64,000 nt of DNA, taken from assembly GCA_903813345.2 (NCBI GenBank), contig CAIIXF020000001.1:13268001-13332000 (forward strand). The letters run 5' to 3'. The DNA is from Owenia fusiformis. Taxonomy: Eukaryota. Shown in pieces: positions 45,201-57,200 of this stretch. A model generated the notes under the pieces. The model did not search any database and was not told where the DNA came from. It saw nothing but the letters and a program-made list of their open reading frames with translations. Position 1 is the first letter of the stretch; every line of letters begins with the position of its first letter. The position numbers were made by a program, and so were the translations under genes.

Positions 45201-48200
45201 AAAAATATGTTAGCGTTTATTCTACATGACCCCATGATGAAAAATTAAAATAGAAGAATCACAACGTTGCTATTTGAGATGAGATCAATGAAGCAGAAAG
45301 GCTAATTGTAACACCTTATCAGTAATAGACAAGACTCACCAAGAGATTCATCAGGATAATAGGCATGAGGATCATGAAGATTATACACATGAGGGTTGAC
45401 ACTCGCTCTAAGTGAGTACTCCCTTGGTCACCATTGACGAGTGGTATGAGGAATGTATCCGTGTAGCTGACGGCATTCAGCATCATGATAAATGTGGATA
45501 CAATGGACAGCTCTGGGGTTCTATATGCGTCACTCTGAAAATCAAAATTGTCTGATAGATAATTTCGAGGAGGTTACATTTTTATCTAATCTTGTAAACA
45601 AATACGGATGCTTTAACCTTGACCAGTTGATCACAATCATTCGTTTGGGCGGAGCTTCATTTTGAAATGATTTGCGTTTCTAAAAGAATACTCGTGGTAA
45701 TCAGAATCAGTTATGAACAGATCAAAGGGGCAAGGTGACATTATTACAAATAATCATTTTCCAATTGGGAATCGGTTGGCTAAACAAATTACAATCATCA
45801 TAAATAACTTGTTGTTGTTTATTGGTATAATTTTGTACAAACTTTCCACCCAACTGCATACCATGTTGATACGTTCAAGAAAATAATGGTTCAACGTGAT
45901 ATTTACAGGGTTTGGCTAAATTAATTGAAGTGAGTACCCATTAGACTATTAATGGTCTCAGTTTTATCTGATATCAACACATTTACCTATTAAACCCAAT
46001 CAAGCCACGCGTCATCACAGACTACTGAACAATTATGGAACTTTGTATCGTTCCAATGGTGAACGTCGTCAATTAATGAGGTGGATTAGATTCTGAGAGG
46101 ACTAATGATGAAACATTGCAAACTAACCTTACACAAGCCTTTTGATAATGCGATCAATGCATTCTCCGATCAGTTGTTTCTTTTAATCAGGACAGTCTGT
46201 CCAACAAGTTATTAGTCATTTTCCAAGACTTATAACGGAAACAATATTTAAAATTGATACGATAAACAGATAAATCAAATGACATAAGCAAAGTCAAATT
46301 GGATTAAAAAAACGCTAGAACATATCAATAAAATATAAGAATGGCATATTTGTTTGATAAATCGACGTAATCCATTCAAGGATGACAGTAAATATGAAGT
46401 GGTAAATTATGATTATCAAGATAAAGAATTGCTGTGTTCGATCAGATTTATACTTTTCTTTTACGTTATCTTGAAATAGTGATAAACATGAACCAAATAA
46501 TCTCATACAGGGCTCGAAAGCAAACCCTCCTAAGCTGAGGCCCGGGTATACATAGTCTTGCTTAAAAGACCCTGTACTCCTCCCCCCCTTTATCCTTCTC
46601 TCTAGGGTGAAGGTGACGGGGGGGGGGTGGATACAGTCTTTGAGCAAGACTAGGGTATACAGTAAAATAAAGTTTCTTGTGTTTTACATCTATCTTGTTT
46701 TGTTACATCTTATTCACTCATTTGCATGAGTAAGTAGCTAAGATAGTACATTACCAACATAAGTGGGGATTTTTAAATATTTTATAACGTATACCAAGGC
46801 CTCAGCTCCTAAGACAACAAACCGATTATACGCTTGTAAACTGCACAGGATGAGATGAACCTAAATATGATCTAGTAAATGAGGACGATCGTTTAGGGTA
46901 TGCCTTTTTGGCACTTAATGCTTCATATTGTCCAATGTGTTGGTAGCGGCACCCATACCACCATATCTTTAATCTAGCTTGAGCTTGAGTCTCGGAACAG
47001 ATACATGCGACACTTTATAAAAGATGGTATAAAAGTTGGCGGGCAGATCGTTTTCGATCAGTACAGGATGCATATGGTCAAAATATTCATTATATGAAAA
47101 ATCCATTGCCCACATTTGATTAAACGATTCATGGCATGAACTAATTGCGTGAGTCAATTGTTAAATTTTAGGATCGACAGTCATATATTCCAGCTTTTTT
47201 GATTAGGTTGAGAATAATTAGGTTAGCATAAGTCAATAGGGTGAAACAATCCATCTAAAAACGCAAGATGTGATGCATAATTGATTACGGACGATAGGAT
47301 CAAAGAATGGGAGAGGAAACGTATTTTGGAATTGCATCTCGAAGAACATCCATTCAACCTCTTCAGCTCTTGTTTCGTGTCAAATCTAATTGGCACATAG
47401 CTCAGCCGAAATGAGATACCCATTACCGAAAACGGCAAATTGAATTGTTTTATCACACTCAGATGGTGATAATAAAAGGGACGTTGCCTCGAATCATTGA
47501 GAAAACATCTTACTTAAGATTAAAGAACACTCATGATCTCAGACCTCAAACACATTCCCCTCCATACGTTTGGCAACCTTAATTCCCTCATTGAACTACG
47601 TGTTAAAGCCTCTTTATGTTTGAATTTTCATCTACTTAGCAGCGATGAAAATACTTTTGAAAAAAGTGGAAATGTAACTTAACTTAATTTTCAATGCCTC
47701 TAAATTTTCCCAATTTCTTTTCTTAATTACAATAGGTCGAAAATTGATGACTTTGATGAATTTTTGAAAATTGACATTCCCATGTAAACCAATGAAAAAT
47801 GGTGGGTTCGGGGCAAATCAGATTTCTAGATATCTATTGAGCTTCACCAAAAAATATTTTTATATAGAAATTGAATTGTCTACCTTTTTTTAAAGTTACA
47901 GAGCTTCAAAGTCATTTTTGAAAATCATTTTTCGCCTCCTGTATTATTTCAATAGGAGAGGTTTCTTGAAAAATAATTTTGACTTGGGAGAGCTATAACT
48001 TTGTTGAACGTGAATAAATATCATTTTTTGTTATTTTTTGCGAGAACTCGGATAGATGGATATTCTGTCATATGACTTGCGACAAACCTATCAGTTCCCA
48101 TTGGTTTGCATGAACATGTCGATTTTCAAAACTTCATCAGATTTATCATCAATATCCGACCTTTTGATTATCGTTGAAATAAAATGAGAAAAATTGGAGG

Positions 48201-51200
48201 TATTCGAAATGATGTCAATTTATATTTCAAGCCCTAAAAGTAGACTTTTCTTACAGATTATGTAAATAAAAATAGATATAGACAGGCTTTAGCACATGTT
48301 ATCCAATGGGGGGTTAGGGTAGTCAAACTTATGGAGGGGAGTGTAAATTGTTTGACCATGTATATTGCTCTATCTTATTGCTCTGTCTATTTTTCAGAGA
48401 ATTCATAATCTCAATTCCATATTTGAGCCTGGCCATAGGAAAACCGGTCTTATCACAAAAATGAAAAGTGTGCTTCAGAGCCAAAAATGTGCCCAAGATT
48501 AAGAGAAAATGTGCTGAATTCAAATCCGACTTTTTGGTCTATATATGCAAGGAAAAATTGGTAAGACATAAGCCATGGCTCATTTGAAAGGTCTCTTTGT
48601 GCTTTCTAAGATAAACAAAAAATCAGAATATTGAAATCTGTGATTAGACCCCTTTTCCCGTGTCCTGGCTCATTTCTATTTAGAAAATAAAGAATCGTTT
48701 TTATTCTTTACGGTACGCTTTATACATCTCCACTCTTCAGTTTCTACACTCTCACACATTTAGTAGATATTTATTAGCCATCGATTATCATAACAATTAC
48801 AAACAAGCATTTCTTCCCTAGTTGTCCCCTGTCACCAAATAAAACCATAGGCGATGATTAAGTTAACCTAATGTTATTGTATTAATTCAAACTATAATAG
48901 TGGGTTCTCAGATAACAAAATGATAAAAGAAATGCTGATTTACATAAGATTTCACTTTGCTTTATATGGGTGAATACTTTGGGATATACAGGTACCTTTA
49001 AATCGTTCAATTAAATTGTTTAAATGATTAACAAATCAAACAGCGGGATTAAGGGCTTTTGAAAATTAAGTTGTTTTCATGTCATTATTAATTGCATTTT
49101 CAGAAGATAGACTAACATATGATGAATATTCCAAGAAGTGCTAAGCGCTCTCTTTGGAATCGAAGACATGTTTATGTTCCTATAAGTTCTTCAAAAGACA
49201 AAGTCGATATCATCATAAAACATATTTTGGTTTCAGAGGGGAATTTTGCGTTTATTTCTAGAAAATAATGAAATGGGTCTTAGAAGTCCTTATCCGCTCA
49301 TTCTGGAACAAGGGGCTTTTGTGGCAATCCTATAAATTAATTTCATCATCCGTCTCTGAAGTTGCATTTTAGTAGTAGATACTCGGTTAATAGTATGCGA
49401 GTTTAAGAGATGTCAGACGTCTCTTGCTTAGCACCTTTAATTTATTAGGGTTATTCTCCTCTTGAAACATATATCTGAAGGAAATAGTCGAAGAATTGAA
49501 CTCCTTTAATATTCAAAATGACCTTCATGTTTGCCCACATTGCGTTGCAGCCTCGTTTTGGATAGGCGTACGTCCTCAAACGCTTCACCTCTATCCACCG
49601 TGTATTTAAAATTTGTGGTTTTTCTTACACTGAGATATTTATTCAAGATATTTTGTGATTTTACTTTTTTAAGTTGAAATACCTGATTTGAAAGAAGCAT
49701 ATAGAATGTCATCCCAAATGCAACGATCACAGTGAAGAAAACAACCAACACTTTGACCAACGTCTTCAGAATTTCCAAGAACATCACAACGTATATCCCA
49801 ATAACATCTAATCTAAAAATGTAAAAAAATGTTTCAGCCTGGCCTGTTACAGGTTGACGGAACTGCGTCTGATCCATAACTCATCTTTTAATACTTCAGA
49901 AGATATTACCCCGTGATTACTGTATTCATCAAATATGTCATTTTGTCAGATAAACCAAAATATAATTCCAATCATACTGAAATATGCTGATTAATTTCAG
50001 TGATTTATTGATTCATTCAATATTATCTAAATCTACGAAATTATAAAACCATCATCATTTCATTAAATTTCATAACCTCATAAATCATATGATGTCTTTG
50101 CGATCGGCTGATTTTAAAGCGGTTTCGGTTCAGATTTTGTGTCATTCACACCGTTCCTCGAATCGTAATTTATTAGGTAACAGAAATGATGGATTAAATT
50201 TCTTTTGTAACCTTTCTCTGGAGGCCATCCCAGTCCAAATAAATAACATTGCGTAATAATGTAATATTGAAATAATGACGAGGTTAATAAGTAATCATAC
50301 GATTCAGAGCACAATGTTTTACTAACCTTACGAAAAATAGCATAAAGTTAATCCATGCCAGACAGACGGCTATTGGGGCACACTGCCATTGTACAATACT
50401 TGAAAAACCGAACAGGAAGGGCACGGTGAACGCAAGCGATGCCCCATATATCATCCACTCCATAATGTTGATGGGATCGAGGAAATATCTAAATTTCTTA
50501 AATATGAGAATTGTATTATATAAAGGAGGGTTATGTACTGGGAGGTTTTGGATATGGGGTTTATCCAGAGGGAGATATGCATATCTACCTGAGGGACCGT
50601 AGGGACCGAAGGTAGATGTGCATATCTCACGAGGGATGAACCCTATATCCAAACCGACCGTACATAACTGCTTTATCATATACCAAGTTAAGTTTTCAGG
50701 GGCATATGGCCATTTCAATAGTACAAGGTGTAAAAATAAACAAATCATTCATATGTAAAGTCATTTTACTGCATTACCGGAAGCGGGAAGATATGCACCA
50801 GATGCGGGAAGATATGCACCGAAGCGGGAGATATGGCGGGAGATATGGAGGTTCTGGATATGGAAACCTCAAAATCAGGATACGGGATATATCTTACCAA
50901 CATATGTCCCTAAAACTATACTTGACATAGGATAAAAAGAACTACATGGGGAAAAGAAATTCAGTACTTCTCATCTATTAATGCAAGTCCTTAGACTGAT
51001 CAGTTCTGGTCTCAATTTATTTTCAATGAACAAACTGACGTCATGTGCTGTAGTATAATGTGAGATAATCAGCTTGGTCAATTTAATACAGACGATTGCA
51101 CATATTTTAATTTGTATATTTTGAAAAAAAAATAGTAAGGTTACTACTGATTTTTAGCGAAAAAAAATTATGAAATGTATAGCGTTTTCCTTACCCTACG

Positions 51201-54200
51201 AGGCCCTTTGTTACATTTTAGGAATAAATTAAGTGGAGCCTAGAATTTTACAGAAGAATTTAGCAAAAACGAAATACAGTAGTGTTGTACCTGATGGAAG
51301 AGCTGAAAAAGTTCTTTTCCAATGTTTATCAAACAGAACAGAATTATCTCAAGAGCTAAAATCATGTCCACAGAGCCCATCTGTAAAATATCATAAAAGC
51401 ATGTAGTGTGTTTCACGGTCGGTTTGCATTTGCCATTAAAGTAGTCTGTTATTTATTTGAAATCGCATGTGGAACGTGACTTCTTATCTCAAGACACATC
51501 AATTTGGAGTATGGGCAATCTGCGCCAGATTCGTTTTAAAGTTCGTGTTTGCTCATGCTCTAAAAATGAAACTTCAATATTTACGAGTTTTTATTAATCT
51601 CGATAAATGAGAAAACAGAATTCTCATTAATATCTAGTAAGATGTCATTTTTGAATCATTACAGTCATTTAATCGTCTTAAAAGTATTTAATATCGATGA
51701 AAATGTCATAACTGTGCTTTCGAAGTGCTACTACAAGATCAAAAGTAAAGCCACAACGGAGCACCGGAACACCCCCACAGTGGCCCTGGTGTGTATAGTT
51801 TCTCACATGTGCAATACCTAAACCATAGTCCGTTGTCACATCTTACCGTGTGTCGTTGTCTTTGTTAATTATTTGAAATTCAGCTCTGATTTTACCGATG
51901 CCAGGGTGTTCCATGTAAACTTTGAACGTTGTAAATTCGAGGAAGAAAAAACAATGTCTTCCTGGCGCTCAATCGAAACACCCAGTAACTACACTCTGAC
52001 AAACTCACCTCAACTTGGGGATTTGACCTAATCGGAGTTGTCGCCGTGTATGTTTCATTAATTTTCTTTTCGGTATTCTCGAACCCACCATGTTCGAGTG
52101 GGTTTCTCAAACTTACAAAGGCAGTAAGTGAAACCAGGAACAGTAAATAGATAACCATGTTCATTATATGTAGTTTCATACCAAATGTTGCCCTATAAAA
52201 GTACAGTGTAATTATTTCCAACATGGAATGGTCGTGATTTATCTAGGTGGGATGAAAAGATAAACAAGATGACAAATGAGAAAACCCAACTTACCATTTA
52301 TACTTCAGGTACTGTAGACATAGCGGATGAGACAGACAATCGATTCTTCCGTGTTCTATCATTACCTATTGTAAAACGAGTAAGAAGGAACAATCATTCA
52401 CACAAAAGAACAGATATTGCAATAATTGGAAAATATTGTTCACGACCCATTTTTAAACTCCTTATAGATAGGACATGCTGTCTTAAAGTACTAGCACGTT
52501 TGCATAAACCGGTATTTACGTCTTACATTTGAAAAACACAAGAAAGTCAGAAAACAATAAGGCTGGGAGAAATTGTCACGGTCTCCAGAGGTTACAGAAA
52601 TAATCGGTCATTATTTTTGTTAAAAAACTTACATGCAATGGAGATGTTGACTTCATTATTTTGTTCTGATTAGAATCGCTCGGGAGAAAATTCTTTATGA
52701 TGTAAGTAAAGTCGTATTCTATCTGAAAAATCATATCAAAGATACTTAAACATGTCCGATTCAGATATGTTAAATGTTTACTTTGATACCGAGCGGGACG
52801 TTTTCCAGGAATGGCGATCGACAAGATTAATCGAAAATCTTCTAAAATGGCCGCAAGAAAACAAGATGACCATCCAAAAGTTAATTTCCTGTAAAACGTA
52901 GTACCCTTAACATGTATATGATAAGGTATTAACATGATAAATATCCCCACCTGCCATTTGTTACAGACGCCGAACACCGAACACGAACCGCCGCCACGAA
53001 AAAGTTGGAGGCTATAATGATATGTCAACCAAGATGCAGCTGTAGAATTTGATTTGATTTGACAAAACAGCGGTACCCCAAAACGATCACGATCACCCGC
53101 CATCATGAATAGTAGAATATTATAAGGCTTACATTATAGAAGATATAACGAGCATCAAAATGCAAACTAGACACTCGCATGCATCCCCGTAGCCAAAGTG
53201 GGGGTACAGGGGGTGTAGGCGAACTCCCCCTCCTGGCCAAAAATCCTTACAAAACCATGCATTTTTGAACTATTCTGAGCATTTTCAAATGATTCTTGGC
53301 CATAATTGTCAAATGTGAACCATTGACAAAAGCTGGCTACGGGCCTAACATGTATACTTACAGATGATCCATTGTTTTCCGATAACACTATACACCTATC
53401 CATGGCAACCTACAATCACAAATGTACATGTAAAATATTTCTAAAGTTAATGTACAGTGAATGTAGGGATAATTATTCTTAGGTATGAATATATTTTGCG
53501 CGTATTTCAACGGCAGTCCACAAGGGACCATTGTGGATTTATGTGTCGGTTAGTCAATATAGAAGTTTACCATACATGCTTTTGGGAGGTTTCTTATTAG
53601 TCCAAGAAACGGGGCGTTAAATATTGCCGATGATTGATTCAGTGCATCTCTGAACCTATAAAATCAAAAGTCATTTTTCATGTGGATGATTAAAAGTTCG
53701 TCTTCATTTACTCCAGATATGATGTGCCAATAAACTACAAGCATGTATTCAGTTTTAATTTAGCCATGTCATTTCGAATTCGTATGTACAATACCCTTCG
53801 CACCATCTATATAGTGTTTTAAACATAAGAATCATATGAAACGGTATAAGAGGGGAAAACATTGTTCTGTTGTCAAAATGCAATTTCTTATAACAGAGTT
53901 TACAAAGTACAGTAGATAACCTTTCCGACGATAGCACTGCAATAGCACTTTCTTCCATGCTGTTTACAATTAGGATATCAAAGAACGTTTGATTATTTAA
54001 ATCCTTTGTTATCATCGCATCCATCGAAAGAAGTGTTACCAAGACTTCCCCATGCCCCTTTTCTGCCGCCAAGTGTAACGGTGTTTTCTGCAAAATAAGA
54101 CGACGTAGTCTCTGACTTTGAGAAAGAAGCTGACATGGTTTATGTTGCCATCAGTGTTTTATGTTGTATAAAATGAGATGTATTTTCAACGAAATCAGGA

Positions 54201-57200
54201 CATTTTAAGGAACGCAGTCTCCTATTATAAGATATCCTTAATTGAGGATTGAAGCCACGGAAGGAAAGGAGAAATGATAATGGACTCATTTTTGAACAAT
54301 TTTGCTTGTTTGAAATTCTCCAATCCTCATTTTGATCCTCAATTAGACTGATGTCTATCAAGTATCAATAGTTGCTTTAAAATTTTGTTTTAGGAACACC
54401 AATTTTTAAAAAAATGTGATTAAGAGATAACAAATAAAAAGAAAGAAAAGAGAAACACTTTGCAACAATTAATATTATGAAATACAATACTAGTACTGAT
54501 AAATAGATTTTGATCATTTTCAGACACTATGCTTACCGACTCATTATTGGTCGCATTTATCATATTAGTGTGGGTAGACAAGAGCTGTCGTAAAACGTCC
54601 ATGTTGCCGTCAGCAGCACATGCAATATGAAGAGGGTTATTTCCCCTGTGGTCCCTGAAACAAGCAATTTAAATAAATTATAGTTATAATCGTTTTAACG
54701 GACGGAAAATGGCCATATACAACTATCTCGATGAGCGCCTCAATTTGGTATTTTCTAGGGCAAGCAGCTATTGACTGTGGATGAGACAGTTTGAATAATT
54801 ACTATAGTAACAGATCGAGGAATGGAAAATTGATCCCAGTTATAAATTCCAGGACAAAGTTTCGCATGCATTGAAAAGAGAGTGATCATCTACCTTGACA
54901 TGCGTGCTCCTCTTTGTAATAAAAGTCGGACGACTTCAGACTGACCATTTGCACACGCATGGTGAAGAGGACTGTATCCATTGGAGTCAACTTCGTTAAT
55001 GATCTGCGAGCCTATCTCACTATCAAGGTAATGTTTGCATGTATTCAACCGTCCATAACTGAAAAACAATAAATCGTTTGTGCAAGATAAGTGCAGCCAA
55101 GGTTAAAGAAAATGATTCAGTGTAGAAAGTGGTATACAGGGGTAATGACATGGGCTCAGCACATGTACATCTGCTGAAACCAAAAGTTATTTGAAAAAGA
55201 GGTATTCTTACCGAGCTGCAAAGTGTAAAGGTGTCTCCCTTTTGACAGTCTTCCCATGAGGATCAGCACCATGATTGAGTAAAGTTAACATCGCTTTAAT
55301 GTTGCCATACTTCGAAGCCACATGTAGGGGTGTATGACCATCGTTGTCCAGAGAGTGTAACAAATCAGATAGTTTACTTCTCTAGAAGAAAGAAATTCAT
55401 GTGTAGTCAAAGTCATCTTGCAGAAATGAAAAATGAAAAACAATTGATAGCCAAATAAGAAAACTGAGTAATTATAGCGCATTCATGGATGGTGCAAAGT
55501 ATGTCTGAATTATGGGAATATGCCTATCATCAGATATGCATTATAATGAACGTAAAGATGTCTACCTCGGAAATCGGTATATGTTCCGCAATCATCTCAA
55601 TATCAGCTCCCACCGACACGGCTGCATGTATAAAGGTTCTCCCTTGTTCATCTTGACATGTTATGTCTGCTTTTAATTGAATGAGACGTCTGGCAACCAT
55701 TGACGAGCCACGGGTTGCAGCTAAGATCAGCGGTGTCATAGAGCGTCCATCTCTGGCGTTTACGTCAGTGCCCTGTGTGCCACCAAACATTAAAAATGGT
55801 CAGGGGCCAGCGTTTAGTCGGGGGGGGGGGGTGTGATCGACAATCTTTTCGATTTTCTGTCAAGGGGTGCGATTGTGCATAAACAAGCCAAAAATAAGAT
55901 TAATTTTGATTTTTACAAAAATTGATGCAACTTCCTTCAAAATTGAGCTAGAAGCTTCAAATAAAAAGCATCACATCCCCCCTCTGGCTACGTCTATGAT
56001 GGTGATATCAACAAATTTAGATTAATAGAGGACACCTATAGTGCTTAGTTGTGATTTAGTTTACTTCTGGGAATACAGGGTGACCAAAAAAGTGAACCGT
56101 TGGTGTTTTTTTTCAACTTCCTCATAAATGCCATGATCAGGTTCATTAATGTACATTAGTCAATGCATGACATCATGTAAAAGTGTGAAATGTCGATCTT
56201 CTTCCATTTTTATTTGATGACGATTTCTGGAAATGCCCCTGGCACTAAAACCAAACTAAGATTCTGCGCTTAATATCATTGATCACTCTGATACATTCCT
56301 CAACCGTGATAGCTCTTATTCTAGCTTTAGTTACTCATTTTAGCTCCCTTATGGTAACAGGATTGTTTTCATACACATTATCAAATTTGGATGGTTTAAG
56401 TCAGGGCAGCGAGGGGCCCATATATTGGGACAACGCCTATTGTTCAGTCAAACTCCAAACCTTGCACAGTGTAGCCCCATCTTGCTGGAACCACGGCTCA
56501 TGCCTTAGCAATGTTCCCTCATCTGTCAAGAGGCTGCCCAGAATTACTACTACGTATTGTTCAGTGTTCACTGTGACAGCTTTTCCTGTGTCGTCTTCAA
56601 AGAAGTAAGGCCCAATTTTGCCGAGCCTTGAGAAATAAACCCAAGCTGTACAATTTGTAAATTGTAATGGCCTTTCAGGCACTGGGTCTGAGGGAGCTGT
56701 ACCACAAAAAAACATTATTCTTTGAATTGACATTTCCCTTTATAAGAAAATGGGCTTCAGAAAACCATGGATCATTGCGCGCAGAATCCAAGTTTTTTTG
56801 TGCAAGGGAGCACATTTGGAGCATGTCCTTAAATAGCCATAAAATAAAAACGGAAGGAGATTGACATTTTACTATAATGTCATGCATTGACTAATATACA
56901 TTTGTACCGAAAATGAACCTGTTCCTGGCATTTATGTGGAAGTAAAAGGAAAAATCGACGGTCCACTTTTTTTCTGGTCACTCTGTACTATAGTTTTTGG
57001 CTTTATTAGGCATCAATGAGCTGACTTTATGAGGCATACAATAGGGAGTTGAATGACCATGGTAAAACGACACGATTTTAAGTTACCACTGATGTAGTTT
57101 ACAGGAAGTGACAAAACAATTGAGGAGGACAATATTAATCCATGTGATTACTAATAAAATAAAAAACGTATAGACCTGTTCAATTAGGTACGCCACTGTG

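Noticed and set aside
50497-50748. N-terminal part of ORF 50284-50748, and ORFs 10737-10928 and 10850-11080 sharing PxIQNLPVHNP-type peptides
   Set aside because: The shared peptide comes from the palindromic repeat, not a protein family; only 50327-50496 is a real exon.
55149-55165. catgggctcagcacatg as a third P-like footprint
   Set aside because: No flanking 7-bp direct repeat and only a partial match to the inferred TIR.
56279-56608. 109-aa plus-strand ORF
   Set aside because: Antisense shadow of the decayed transposase.
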